DNA of 60,629 bases. It comes from Methanobacteriaceae archaeon. GTDB lineage: Archaea; Methanobacteriota; Methanobacteria; Methanobacteriales; Methanobacteriaceae. The stretch covers positions 1 to 60,629 of the forward strand of contig JAUNXU010000001.1 of NCBI GenBank assembly GCA_030539615.1. Direction: 5' to 3'. Positions 11,218 through 22,529 of the stretch are shown here, piece by piece. The notes under the pieces were generated by a model that was not told the DNA's origin, searched no databases, and saw only the letters and a list, made by a program, of their open reading frames with translations. Numbering within the stretch: position 1 is the stretch's first letter; the number at the start of each line of letters is the position of its first letter. The position numbers and the translations under genes are program-made.

Positions 11218-11577
11218 TTAATAAAATTTTTTAATTGCTGCTTTTATAGTTCCAGAAGTTCCTTTTGGATGTATCACAACACGTTTATTATTATGGATTG
11301 TAACACTAGCTAATGTTAACTCCATTTCATTAACATAATTTCTATTACATTTTACAATACCTCTATAATGGTGTGTTGTTTTTGTAGATTTTACTTCATC
11401 AAATTTAATAAGCCACGGATTTATCTTAGCAGCTAATAATTCACCATGAACATACAAAGAGTTATTCCAAACTATTAAAACCATATTTTTTCTATCAATT
11501 TTATCTTGTGAATAAGCATTAAATACTATATATCGTTTCTTTTCTCTTAATGCTGGTGGTAATATTTTTAATTTCAT
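11218..11577 (-). CDS. rnp2: RNase P protein Pop5
   Basis: LPPALREKKRYI, GTSGTIK. Confidence 0.93.
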   Translation of the reverse strand: MKLKILPPALREKKRYIVFNAYSQDKIDRKNMVLIVWNNSLYVHGELLAAKINPWLIKFDEVKSTKTTHHYRGIVKCNRNYVNEMELTLASVTIHNNKRVVIHPKGTSGTIKAAIKKFY

Positions 11578-11598
11578 ATTCTCATTATTTTTTTTAAT

Positions 11599-12288
11599 TT
11601 ATTCTATTTTTCTAACACCATTTACAATAAAACTTTCTTTATTATGAATATCTACAATAACTTTAGATGGAATGTTTGATATTGATTTATTAACTTCAGA
11701 AGTAGTCATATTAAACAGATTTCCTAAAATTTTAATTGCTCGTGGAGTACGTAAATCATAGATACTTTTTGTGCCACTATTAATCATTAAATTAAAATGA
11801 TATTTTTCTTTAATAAGTACAAGTTGAATTATTTGATTTAATAATTTTGCTTTATAATATCCTTTATTTCGTAAAATATCCATATAATCAATGCTTATTG
11901 TTGTATTATTATCACAAGCTTTTCTTGCTAAAATATGATTCATACCACTATTTTGTTTGTTATTATAGGGATGTTCCAAAATTTTTACTTGTGGTGTTTC
12001 AAGAGCAATTCTATTTATTGTTGGATCACCACCATATACACTAATAACATCACTTATATTTAGATATTTTTGTGATAATTTGTGAATATGATTTGGATTT
12101 GTTGTTTTAATACGTGCCCCATGATATAACTCAAGATCACATATACTTTTAAGATCTTCTACTTTTTGTTGTTCTGATTCAAATTTGTCAGTTTCTGTAA
12201 ATATTATTCCACCAGTAAAACCTAATTGTTCTAATGTGATTAATATTTTTTCATTTGCTGGAATATTACAATCGTAAAAATTAGTCAT
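11599..12288 (-). CDS. rnp3: RNase P protein Rpp30
   Basis: VYGGD..INR.A, GMNHILA, YDLRTP. Confidence 0.9.
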   Translation of the reverse strand: MTNFYDCNIPANEKILITLEQLGFTGGIIFTETDKFESEQQKVEDLKSICDLELYHGARIKTTNPNHIHKLSQKYLNISDVISVYGGDPTINRIALETPQVKILEHPYNNKQNSGMNHILARKACDNNTTISIDYMDILRNKGYYKAKLLNQIIQLVLIKEKYHFNLMINSGTKSIYDLRTPRAIKILGNLFNMTTSEVNKSISNIPSKVIVDIHNKESFIVNGVRKIE

Positions 12289-12305
12289 TATTATTTTCTC
12301 TAAAA

Positions 12306-12725
12306 TTAATTAAAAAATTGTTCTGCAATTTTAAGTTGATTTTTTTTATTTGCAGGATAAGCTGCTATTTTTATTTTTACATGGATAGCATCACCATGTT
12401 TTACTAATTTTAAGTTTTCATTATATGATTCTTGTTTATCAAAGCGAAGAAATAAATTTCCTGTTTCATCTATTCTATTTTTAAGTTCGTTATTTATAGT
12501 TTCTTTGTCTGTCAATGTTAAATTGTTATTTAAGAATTCTATGATTTTTCTGATGTCTCGTTTTTTTTCTATTTTGTCTGATAATACAATTATTGTATTA
12601 TCTTCTTCTTCAGGTGTAGTTTCAGTAGGTAAACTATCAGGAAAGATAAAGTTTATAGAAGATTTAACCTTCTCTTTATCTTCGGTCTGATATAAGAATA
12701 CTCTGTAAGATATGTTATGAATCAT
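12306..12725 (-). CDS. DUF54/UPF0201 putative RNA-binding protein
   Basis: TEDKEKV, LFLRFDKQ, KIAAYPA. Confidence 0.85.
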   Translation of the reverse strand: MIHNISYRVFLYQTEDKEKVKSSINFIFPDSLPTETTPEEEDNTIIVLSDKIEKKRDIRKIIEFLNNNLTLTDKETINNELKNRIDETGNLFLRFDKQESYNENLKLVKHGDAIHVKIKIAAYPANKKNQLKIAEQFFN

Positions 12726-13270
12726 TATCTTACCTTTTCAGCACCTTTACCTTTATGTCTTAGTCCTCTTCCTTTTTTACCAGTACTTGTTAATCCTCTA
12801 AATACTCTTCTGGTATGTTGTTTTTCACATATCCAGTTGATTTTTGGATCATTTTTAATTGTACCGCATTGTGGATCAACTAAGATTACTTCATAATATT
12901 TAGCTTTACCATCTTCCCATACCCAGTATGAGTTAAGTACTTCCATGTTTGGATATTTTCTTGCTACACGTTCTTCAGCCATTCTTTGAATGGATTTTTT
13001 ACCTGTTATTTTATTAACACCCATTCTTTTTGGATCTCTTCCTTTTTTAAATCGTGATTTTCTTCTTGATCCTCTTCTAACTCTGATACGTGCAATTACA
13101 TATCCTTTTTTTGCTTTGTATCCTAAACGTCGAGCTCTGTCAATACGTGTTGGTTTATCTACACGTTTTATTACAGGTTCTCTTCTCCATTTAGGTAGTC
13201 TTTCTTGCATTACTGCTTTTATATAAGATTCACTTGGGTTTTTCCAAGCATCTTTCATATATTTGTACAT
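12725..13270 (-). CDS. rpl15e: Ribosomal protein eL15
   Basis: [25 protein letters not shown]. Confidence 0.98.
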   Translation of the reverse strand: MYKYMKDAWKNPSESYIKAVMQERLPKWRREPVIKRVDKPTRIDRARRLGYKAKKGYVIARIRVRRGSRRKSRFKKGRDPKRMGVNKITGKKSIQRMAEERVARKYPNMEVLNSYWVWEDGKAKYYEVILVDPQCGTIKNDPKINWICEKQHTRRVFRGLTSTGKKGRGLRHKGKGAEKVR

Positions 13271-13287
13271 TTAATTTTACACCTCAT

Positions 13288-13312
13288 TGTTCAGCCGTTT
13301 GGCCACATCCAA
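13288..13312 (-). promoter_or_regulatory. Candidate eL15 ribosomal-protein leader RNA
   Basis: GC-rich island UUGGAUGUGGCCAAACGGCUGAAC with a GGCC-AAAC-GGCU hairpin just 5' of the GAGGUG SD of rpl15e, in otherwise AT-rich DNA. Confidence 0.55.
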
Positions 13313-13686
13313 TTTTTTTTTAATCTAATGGTATAAGAAAGATAATAAATATAAAAGAATACAATATATTTCCTTTTATTAAATATTAAGCTATTATCTC
13401 ATTTATTACTTATTTTAATAAACTATTAATTCTTAAATTAAGAAATTATAAATTTATTTTTAATATAAATAAAAACGAGAAAAATAGTTTCTATACTATA
13501 AATTATATCTAAATAATATAATATAAACTTTGCTAATTACTACTGTCAACTTAAAGATTTTATTATGTGATTAGTTATAGTAAATATTAATATGGTAAGA
13601 AAATTTAATGATTATTATTTAATATAAATTTAATTAAAATAAGAAATAACAACTAATTCTTTTTATAATAAATGGGGTAAAGTAGT

Positions 13687-14373
13687 ATGATAACAGAAAA
13701 TTATGATCCAAAAGGTAGACTTGAAGCATTAATTGATGCAATATATGCAATAGCTATGACAATAATTATATTGGAAGTTAGTGCTCCTGTTTTAGGAACA
13801 ATACATTCTACTGGAGATTTAAATACATTTTTAATTGGAGTAATACCTGAACTTATGATGTATTGTGTAACTTTTTTACTTCTTGGTGGTTTTTGGTATA
13901 TTAATCATATTTTGTATTTAATTGAAAAAGTAGATAAAACATTAATTATCTTAAATATTTTACTTTTAATGTTTATTGGTATGGTTCCATTTTCAACTAC
14001 AATTATAATTGAATATGGAATATATCCAACAGCATCAATATTTTTTGGAATAAATATTCTTTTGATAGAACTTATTAACTTTTTAATTTATTTTTATGCA
14101 TTTAGGAATAAATTATTAGATGAAAGTATTTATGTACATATTCAGGATAATAAACCTAAAAAATTTAAAGAAAGATATGTAAATAAACCTAAAATTATTT
14201 ATTTAGCATTATTTATACCAACTTTAATGTGTATATTTATTTCAATATTTATTGATTCACGACTTGGGATTTTATTATATGTCTTTATACCATTTTCAAT
14301 ATTGATGTTGATTAATCCTTCTAATATTGAAAAACATATTAAAGAACATAGAAAAAAAAGATTTCTAAAATAA
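13687..14373 (+). CDS. TMEM175 family protein (second paralog)
   Basis: GRLEALIDAIYAIAMT, FWYINH, VPFST. Confidence 0.85.
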   Translation: MITENYDPKGRLEALIDAIYAIAMTIIILEVSAPVLGTIHSTGDLNTFLIGVIPELMMYCVTFLLLGGFWYINHILYLIEKVDKTLIILNILLLMFIGMVPFSTTIIIEYGIYPTASIFFGINILLIELINFLIYFYAFRNKLLDESIYVHIQDNKPKKFKERYVNKPKIIYLALFIPTLMCIFISIFIDSRLGILLYVFIPFSILMLINPSNIEKHIKEHRKKRFLK

Positions 14374-14470
14374 TAATTTGAAATTATCTAAAACTATTTA
14401 GATAATTTTTTTTTTTGGATTTTAATAGTAACTATTAGATTATATCTATGATTTTTTTTGATAGTAGTTT

Positions 14471-14581
14471 GAGTGTCCAACAAAAGTCATTTTTTTTTAG
14501 AAAATTTTATTGATAATTGCTAAAAATAAAGATTATTCTTAGTCTTTTTCATTTAACAATTTGGATTTTTGTCACATACTA
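14471..14581 (+). mobile_element. MITE-like dispersed repeat, copy 1
   Basis: GAGTGTCCAACAAAAGTCATTTT...AGTCTTTTTCATTTAAC...GGATTTTTGTCAC; similar to three other intergenic copies. Confidence 0.7.
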
Positions 14582-14595
14582 TAGTTTATTAATTA

Positions 14596-14919
14596 TTATT
14601 CTGATAATATAGAATATAATATGCTGGTTGCTTTTGTAAATGCTGGTTTTCCTGAAATTAATAACACAATTTTTAATACATCCATTATTTCATCACGTGT
14701 CATGTTGAATTCTTCAATTCCACTTTTTATTTGTTTTTTAATAGCTATATCATTATTTTGAGCTGATACTAGTGCTATTGCTATTAATTTTTGAGTTCTG
14801 TAATTTAAGATTTTTCCATTATACACAGTATCATTTAATGATACTATTTCTTTGTATAATTCGGGGTAATCTTTTTTAATATAATTCATTCCATTACTAT
14901 AAAATTCTTCATTTTTCAT
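14596..14919 (-). CDS. Carboxymuconolactone decarboxylase (AhpD-like) family protein
   Basis: TQKLIAIAL, TRDEIMDVL, SGKPA; no CxxC. Confidence 0.75.
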   Translation of the reverse strand: MKNEEFYSNGMNYIKKDYPELYKEIVSLNDTVYNGKILNYRTQKLIAIALVSAQNNDIAIKKQIKSGIEEFNMTRDEIMDVLKIVLLISGKPAFTKATSILYSILSE

Positions 14920-15035
14920 AGAAAATCATATCCTTGAATTTTTTTTTAATTAATATTATTAATAGTAACTATTATTTATAGTTTATTTTAAAAAAAGATA
15001 ATTATATATTAAAGGGGTTGAAGAAAATAAGATGA

Positions 15036-15503
<468 letters not shown>

Positions 15504-15532
15504 TCACACTTCTATTATCTAATATTGTGTAA

Positions 15533-16516
15533 CTATTTATTTCTTATTTCTTTAACTTCAAATGATTTTTTAAGATTTTCTAGATCTATATATCCACTAC
15601 GATAAATTTCTCCTGTGGTCAAATCATTTACAATAACTTCTGCTGGAGCAAAGATATCTGATGGTATTTTATAGAAATCATTATCTGCTTCTTTTAATAT
15701 TTCAATAAATTGTTTTCCATATCCAGTTGATGCTGATGAAGGTAATTTTGTTGCTAATTCTTCTATATTATCATTTTCATCAGAATTCAAGTAATAATAT
15801 GTTCTTCCTCCAAATATGATTGCATCATTAGTTTTACCCATTGCTTTTAAATTATCAGGGTCTACTGGTGAAATAGGAGTAATTCCTGCAGCATAACTAA
15901 TTTTTGTAACATCAAAATCTAATATTTCTTTCATTTTGTAGATTCCATTTTCAATACTTCTTCCAGATATTTGCATTGCTCCTACTAAAGATGCTGTTGG
16001 TGCTACAAGTAAAGTTAAATTTTCAGTTTTAACACTACATTTTTTAGCAATATATTCAGCTACTTCATTTGTTGGTAATTTATCTGATTCTAATGTAATT
16101 ATTGCAAGATCACTTGTTTCTTTATAACCTGTTTCTTCATATATTGGGTCTTGATTTTTTAAATGAGTTCTTCCCGGTCCTGAAGCTATTGCATAAAAGT
16201 CCCCTATTTCTATTTTCCATGAAGCTTTTTGAGCACCAAGTGTTGATAATGCAGGAAAATCTGTTTTTACTTTCACAGCAGGTATTGCTATAACATCACT
16301 TAAATCTCCTGGTATAGAAATTCCTACATCAGATATTCCTCCAAGACATACTTTAATATATAATTCTCCACCTTTTATACTACCTTTAGCATTTACTCCA
16401 CAGTCAATTACTGTTGTACCATTTTCTAATGTACTTTTTATTAAGTTATATTTGTCAGCATCAGCAATCATTTTATCAACAATTTTCTGTGCTTCTTTAT
16501 TCATACTTTCAACCAT
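15533..16516 (-). CDS. mch: Methenyl-H4MPT cyclohydrolase
   Basis: IDCGV, SGPGR, APTASLVG..QISGR, MGKTNDAI, FAPA. Confidence 0.95.
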   Translation of the reverse strand: MVESMNKEAQKIVDKMIADADKYNLIKSTLENGTTVIDCGVNAKGSIKGGELYIKVCLGGISDVGISIPGDLSDVIAIPAVKVKTDFPALSTLGAQKASWKIEIGDFYAIASGPGRTHLKNQDPIYEETGYKETSDLAIITLESDKLPTNEVAEYIAKKCSVKTENLTLLVAPTASLVGAMQISGRSIENGIYKMKEILDFDVTKISYAAGITPISPVDPDNLKAMGKTNDAIIFGGRTYYYLNSDENDNIEELATKLPSSASTGYGKQFIEILKEADNDFYKIPSDIFAPAEVIVNDLTTGEIYRSGYIDLENLKKSFEVKEIRNK

Positions 16517-16623
16517 TATATCTATTCTCCAATTTTTATTAATATAATTTTTAGAAAAATTAATATTAAACTATTAATTGTTAATTATTATGTTTTTTAT
16601 TATGTTTTATTTTTTTTGAAGTA

Positions 16624-17247
16624 TTATTTAATTTTATCTTTAGCTTCATTAAAATTAACTTCATAAATATGTGCACTTATAGAATGAATAATAATAGTGC
16701 CTACATCAACACCTACTTCTTTAGCTACAAAACTAGCAAGATGACTAAGTGCAACAGCATTAGCAAACCAAGCTCCATAAATGTCATGTGATCTCCATAA
16801 AGCACTAGTACGTAATTTACCATCTCGAATCTTAAAATCAACAAGAATCATGCAGGGAACTTCATCATTTTTTGTATCAAGAACTTGATCCCATGTGATA
16901 GAAATAGCTCGACGAGTTTCTTTACATTCTTTCATTCTATCAATAGCAACTTTTATCTGATCTACATTATTAAAATGTTTTCTAAGACGATTACCATAAG
17001 TATAAACAAAATCCATTTTGTCATCAGAAAGAAATTGTTCAGAATATTTTTCAAGTTTTTCTCCATTCCAAAAATATCCTTCTGGAGGATCACAATTTAA
17101 TGGATCTCTAATTTCAGTTACAATATCTAATATTTCACGAGTTTTAGATCCTCGTTCATCATTAACATCTTCACCTTCAATAATGATTTTTTTAACAAGT
17201 GTTTCCCATCCCTGACTTATACTATTAACTCTAACTAATTTTGCCAT
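16624..17247 (-). CDS. thyA: Archaeal thymidylate synthase
   Basis: YTYGNRL, TRRA, VPCM, RSHD, SAHIY; start taken at MAKLV. Confidence 0.9.
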   Translation of the reverse strand: MAKLVRVNSISQGWETLVKKIIIEGEDVNDERGSKTREILDIVTEIRDPLNCDPPEGYFWNGEKLEKYSEQFLSDDKMDFVYTYGNRLRKHFNNVDQIKVAIDRMKECKETRRAISITWDQVLDTKNDEVPCMILVDFKIRDGKLRTSALWRSHDIYGAWFANAVALSHLASFVAKEVGVDVGTIIIHSISAHIYEVNFNEAKDKIK

Positions 17248-17286
17248 ATTAAAAATCAACCTCTTAATTAATTATATTGTATTTTG

Positions 17287-18279
17287 TTATACTTCAAATT
17301 TTTTAGCAGTACTATTTAATAATTGTAATTTGTTATAAACAAGATTGTAATCTAATAATCTCATACCACAATCAGGATCAATAATTATATTTTTATTATT
17401 TATAATATCTGTAACTTTTTTAACAGTATTAAAAACAGTCTCTTTATTATCAATTTCTTTTAATTTAGTGTCAATACAACCAATACTAATCATACTATCA
17501 CCAATTTTGTTTTTATTCATTTGAAGAGTATCAATATTACCTGAAACACCTGCAAATTCAAAATCAAAAAAATCAAGATTAAAATCTAAAACATCACCCA
17601 TATTTTCTTTTAAATCTCCACAAATATGTATACCTATCGGAATTGTAATATCTTCAGTAATAATATCAATAGAATCTTTTGAAATAGATATGTCAGTAAC
17701 TCCAAGAGCAATAAATGGATCATCAATTTGAATCATTGAAGCTCCAAGTTCTTCTAAATAAACAACATATTCATGAATAGCAACAGCCATATCATAAATA
17801 GCATCTTCTTTAGATTCATAAAAACCATCAATAACAGAAGAGTTAATTAAAGTAGTAGGACCTGTAACTAGACCTTTAATACCTTTTGCAGTATGGTCAA
17901 ATAATTCATCTTTATCTGCATTTAATTTAAATTTATTATCAATAGATGATGCACTTTTAAAACAAGTTTTAAAATCATCAGAAATATTTTTATAATTATG
18001 AGCTGGCATTATACGACCTTTTATAAATGCATTATTGTCAATAATATCTATACCATTGATAGGTTTGCAAAAAATATCAATCATACTTCCTCTAACTTGT
18101 CCATCAGTAATTAGATCAAGATTACATGTTGTTTGACATTTAACTGCTTTTTTAATACTATATTCATAGTTCTTATAAATTCCTAAAAAATCTTTAAATT
18201 TATTAATTGTGCCTTTTGGATAAGAATCTATTACAGGAAAACTTCCAACAACACTAGTTATAACATTCATAATAATCAA
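17287..18279 (-). CDS. metE: Core (MetE C-terminal type) methionine synthase, methylcobalamin:homocysteine methyltransferase-like
   Basis: VVGSFP, TDGQ, TGPTT, HICG, DPDCGMR Zn ligands. Confidence 0.85.
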   Translation of the reverse strand: MIIMNVITSVVGSFPVIDSYPKGTINKFKDFLGIYKNYEYSIKKAVKCQTTCNLDLITDGQVRGSMIDIFCKPINGIDIIDNNAFIKGRIMPAHNYKNISDDFKTCFKSASSIDNKFKLNADKDELFDHTAKGIKGLVTGPTTLINSSVIDGFYESKEDAIYDMAVAIHEYVVYLEELGASMIQIDDPFIALGVTDISISKDSIDIITEDITIPIGIHICGDLKENMGDVLDFNLDFFDFEFAGVSGNIDTLQMNKNKIGDSMISIGCIDTKLKEIDNKETVFNTVKKVTDIINNKNIIIDPDCGMRLLDYNLVYNKLQLLNSTAKKFEV

Positions 18280-18369
18280 AACCTCAAAAATTTTAAATTT
18301 AAAATAAAATAATATTAAAACAAGAATTAAGTATTGTTTTTAAAAAAATAAAAAAATAAAAAAAGTTAT

Positions 18370-19449
18370 TTAACGTTTAGTTGATACAACATTACTCATT
18401 ATAAGAGCACTTATAATTATAAATGTTACAAGAGCCGAACCATTAATAGTTCTGTTGATAATAAAGAATCCTAATATTGTTTGGGCAATAAAACCACTTA
18501 AAGAACCAATAAGCAGTGCTTCTCGACCAATATATCGATTATCTCCTTGTTCTCTTTTTTCCCGATATTTATACAATATTTTAAGCCCTACTATAATTAC
18601 TAATAATATCCATGCTATAATGAATATAAGTGCAATGTATCCGAAATCAAATCCAAAACCATAAATTCCAGGTAAGAAATAATCAATTACATCTTTTTTA
18701 GTTACAAGAACACCATAAAACAATGGGAATGGTAAACAGAATAATGTTACAAATGTTAATGGTAATGAAATATAACCATCACTATTACCAAGACCTGCAG
18801 CACCCCAATAAGTTGAATTAGCTGTATGACCTGTTGCTGTAGCACCGTTTAGCACCATTTTAAGACTAGGTAATACATTAGTGTCCATACGTGTAATTCT
18901 TGACATTGGACTTAAAATTTCCATATTTAATACTTGGGATATAAGTTCAAATAAACCAAATAATAATAATACACCCACTACTAATAAGAGTATTGTCTTA
19001 ATATCCACGAAAGATTTTTTACGAAATGATTTACTTATTATGAAAAATCCAGAGATAAGACCAATTGCTAGCATTATGATAAAATCACGATGAACCATAC
19101 CACCAAAGATTGCAATAGCAATTATTAACAAGGCAATAAAAATCTTTAAATTAGTGATTTTAACACCTGTTTCTTTCATCATTGGCAGTATACTCCACGC
19201 CGAAATAGTGGCCACTATGGCTATTGGTCCATAGGGATGAGTAAATTCGTGATGCGATAAAAAAGGAAGCATCAAACTAATAGCATCAAAACCAAATAAT
19301 AATGTTATACCCACACCAACTACAAGACTAAGTAACAATACAATACTTAATGATAAAGGTATAAAATTTAACAATAATAAAATACCAATATGTACAAGAA
19401 TTGCAAACTCAAGTATAAGTGCTAGATGTGATTGAGCTATTAAAAACAT
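18370..19449 (-). CDS. Multi-pass membrane protein, unknown function
   Basis: 359 aa, about 10 TM segments, HHEFTHPYGP and SDGYISLP loops. Confidence 0.75.
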   Translation of the reverse strand: MFLIAQSHLALILEFAILVHIGILLLLNFIPLSLSIVLLLSLVVGVGITLLFGFDAISLMLPFLSHHEFTHPYGPIAIVATISAWSILPMMKETGVKITNLKIFIALLIIAIAIFGGMVHRDFIIMLAIGLISGFFIISKSFRKKSFVDIKTILLLVVGVLLLFGLFELISQVLNMEILSPMSRITRMDTNVLPSLKMVLNGATATGHTANSTYWGAAGLGNSDGYISLPLTFVTLFCLPFPLFYGVLVTKKDVIDYFLPGIYGFGFDFGYIALIFIIAWILLVIIVGLKILYKYREKREQGDNRYIGREALLIGSLSGFIAQTILGFFIINRTINGSALVTFIIISALIMSNVVSTKR

Positions 19450-19684
19450 TCTTTAATAGAACCCTCCTTTTATATATTATATTAAATTATACTAATGATT
19501 AAATATTTAATATTCTTTTATTAATCTTTTTTTTAAAATAGAAAATATAAAATCTGTATCATATTTAAATACTATATATCATCTATGTTAATTTTAATTT
19601 AAATAAGTATCCTAAATAACAAAGAAAAAATATAAATAATTTATATAATAAAAATATTATTATATCTTATTGAAAAATAAGTAA

Positions 19685-19758
19685 GGGCTAGTAGCTCAGC
19701 TTGGTAGAGCGTCGCCTCGGCATGGCGAAGGCCTCGGGTTCAATTCCCGACTAGTCCA
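19685..19758 (+). tRNA. tRNA-Ala(GGC)
   Basis: Cloverleaf GGGCTAG/CTAGTCC with G3:U70; anticodon arm TCGCC-TCGGCAT-GGCGA; TTCAATT T-loop. Confidence 0.95.
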
Positions 19759-19809
19759 TTAATGTCTATTTTTTTTAATTTACTATAAATAATTACTTAA
19801 AATAAATAT

Positions 19810-20832
19810 TTAACTTTTTATACTATATATTGTATCAAGTACGATTTGCTTTAAATCATCGGTTTTTATTTTATTATTATCATTAGATTTCTTTAGTAAT
19901 TTCTCAGATAATTCTATAATTTCATTAAGATTTAATGATCTATTTAATAACCCTTTTTTCTCATAATATTTATCTACTGCTAATTGTTTTCCAGGATAAC
20001 ATGAAATTACAGGAGTACCTATTAGTGCTGCTTCACGATTCATAGTACCTCCAGCACCTATTATTAAATCACATTTTTTCATAAGGCTAAATGTATCAAG
20101 AGGTGTTTTTAATAAATAAATATCTGTGTCATTTTTAAATATTTGACTTTGTTCTTTAAATCTAGGAAGTACTAATATATTAGCTTGATCTTTTAATGAT
20201 TCTATTATTGGAGTTAACACTGATTTTGTACAATCTGCATCAAGATATGAAGCAAGTGATGGTTCAGGTCTCATTAAAATAGTTTTATCTTTTTTCAAGT
20301 TCAATTCTAACTCTTCAAATATATTATCATTATAAGTTATATTATCAATATGAGTAATTTCACAAGTACCATTATATCTAATGATTTTATTAGGATCTGC
20401 TCCAGCTTTTATAACATCCCATACATTTAATATTTCAGGAATTATTAAATTATCAACTAAAGGTAATGTTAATTTATTTGCAGCTATTGCATGTTCATTA
20501 TCTAATATAAATATATTAGGTATTTTTAAACCAAACGCTACTCGAGGCATTTCTATTGAATGTTTTGCTATAGCTATATCAATATCTTGATTTATTATAA
20601 ATTCAGATAATTCATAAGCACGTTTAGTACTATTTAATAATTTTTCTTTTAATGTTACACCATGTTTTCCAATTGAAGTATAATTTAAACCTAAAATATC
20701 TAATAAATCTTGAATATCTGAAAATTTACGTGTTGTTATTATTACTTCATGTCCATCTTTTTCTAATTGTTTTATTATATTATGAAAAAAATGTACATGG
20801 GGTGTATTTACTATATCAATCCATATTTTCAT
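19810..20832 (-). CDS. DUF354 family glycosyltransferase-like protein
   Basis: MKIWIDI.N.PHVHFF, DNEHA, GAGGTMNREAA. Confidence 0.88.
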   Translation of the reverse strand: MKIWIDIVNTPHVHFFHNIIKQLEKDGHEVIITTRKFSDIQDLLDILGLNYTSIGKHGVTLKEKLLNSTKRAYELSEFIINQDIDIAIAKHSIEMPRVAFGLKIPNIFILDNEHAIAANKLTLPLVDNLIIPEILNVWDVIKAGADPNKIIRYNGTCEITHIDNITYNDNIFEELELNLKKDKTILMRPEPSLASYLDADCTKSVLTPIIESLKDQANILVLPRFKEQSQIFKNDTDIYLLKTPLDTFSLMKKCDLIIGAGGTMNREAALIGTPVISCYPGKQLAVDKYYEKKGLLNRSLNLNEIIELSEKLLKKSNDNNKIKTDDLKQIVLDTIYSIKS

Positions 20833-20893
20833 TTTATTATGCCCTTATATTTTTTTAAGAAATTAGTAAAATAAATTTAAGAATAAGAAAAAT

Positions 20894-21550
20894 TTATCCT
20901 TTAAATTTATTAATAGTTTCTATAATGGTATCAACACCTTCTCCAGTTTTTAAACTACATTTAACTACTGGAATTTTAGGATTTATTTTTTGAATATCTT
21001 CTACCATTTTATCAGCATCAGCTCCTACAGCATCTGCTAAGTCAACTTTATTTACTATTGCAAAATCAGCATCATCTCTAAATATCATAGGATGTTTTTC
21101 AGCAGTGTCATCCCCTTCTGTAACACTTATAATAACTATTCTTATATGGGATCCTAATATAAAATCTGTTGGACATATAAGATTTCCTACATTTTCAATA
21201 AATAATAATGAAATATCATTTAAATTAATATCCGGTAATGCATGTTCTACTAAATGTGCATCTAAATGACATTCTTTACCTGTATTTAATCCAACAACAG
21301 GAACATTTTTATTTTCAATTCTTTTTGCATCAAATTTACTTATTATATCTCCAGCAATAACACCTATATTTTCATCCATTTTATCAATAAGAGTTTCCAT
21401 AAGTGATGTTTTTCCTGAACCTACTGCACCTACAAGATCTATTGCATATACATTATTTTCATTGAATATTTTTTGATTTTCTTGTGCTAATTCTTTATTT
21501 GCTTTTATTATATCTTTTTCTATTTCTATACTAGCTATATTATGCATCAT
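20894..21550 (-). CDS. hypB: Hydrogenase nickel incorporation GTPase HypB
   Basis: [27 protein letters not shown]. Confidence 0.97.
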   Translation of the reverse strand: MMHNIASIEIEKDIIKANKELAQENQKIFNENNVYAIDLVGAVGSGKTSLMETLIDKMDENIGVIAGDIISKFDAKRIENKNVPVVGLNTGKECHLDAHLVEHALPDINLNDISLLFIENVGNLICPTDFILGSHIRIVIISVTEGDDTAEKHPMIFRDDADFAIVNKVDLADAVGADADKMVEDIQKINPKIPVVKCSLKTGEGVDTIIETINKFKG

Positions 21551-21920
21551 CTTCCCTCTCTATTTTTATTGTTTTAACATTACATTCTCTACCTTGAATA
21601 ACTTTTACATTAGTATCATTACATTTTGGACACTTTGCAGCTGCTAATAAATGATTCATTTCATCATCGGTTTTAGTTTCACCTTTATAATCACAGTTTT
21701 GACATTCAATTTTAATAGGTAACATATTAATATTCATCTTTGTATTTTCAAGTAATGTGTCTTTACTTAATACACCTATCATAAATTTTAATTGTTCTGG
21801 ATTAAGCATTGTAAGTTCTCCAATTTCAAGTGTAGCTTCTTTTATTTCTATAGCATCATTTGATTTTGCAGTATTTAATATAGCATTTACCATACTATCT
21901 GCCATTGATAATTCATGCAT
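21540..21920 (-). CDS. hypA: Hydrogenase nickel chaperone HypA
   Basis: MHELS, CxxC...CPxC. Confidence 0.97.
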   Translation of the reverse strand: MHELSMADSMVNAILNTAKSNDAIEIKEATLEIGELTMLNPEQLKFMIGVLSKDTLLENTKMNINMLPIKIECQNCDYKGETKTDDEMNHLLAAAKCPKCNDTNVKVIQGRECNVKTIKIEREDDA

Positions 21921-22529
21921 TCTTTTTTTAACTCCAGTAAATTCTACTATTTTTTCTTATAATAATATTATCTGTTTTTTATTATTTATTCTATTTTTTA
22001 TAATAATCTTCCTACTATATTTTTAAATATTTTTTAGATTTTTAATTATATCAAAAATATTTTTCTAAAGATATAAACTTTTAAAAAGCTATGGGTACTG
22101 TTATAAATCTTAATAAATAAAGTCTTTAATTTGAAATTTAACTTTAAAAAAAGAGTATATATTTATATTCATTAGATAATTTCTTTTTAAAATTAATAAT
22201 AATAATAAATTATATTTATTTTTAAAAAATTTCAATTTAAATAATCAATTATAATTTTATTTTAAGATTATTAATACAATATTTAGTAAATTAATATTGA
22301 AATGATTAGGTTAATCTATATATTAAATCTTATTTTTGTCTAAAAATTTAATCATAGAATATTATATTAGTTTAATAACATATATAGTTTAATAAGTATA
22401 CTAAGAAATTTATCTACAAATTATGAAAATTGTAGATTTTTTTAAAAAAAAGATAAAAATATTCTTAATAGTTAAATTTATGAAAAATAACTAAAAATTA
22501 ATCAGGTATATAGGAGAGTAAAAAAGAAA

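Noticed and set aside
22405-22442. Inverted repeat TCTACAA...TTGTAGA upstream of prs
   Set aside because: Single short AT-rich dyad with no assignable function
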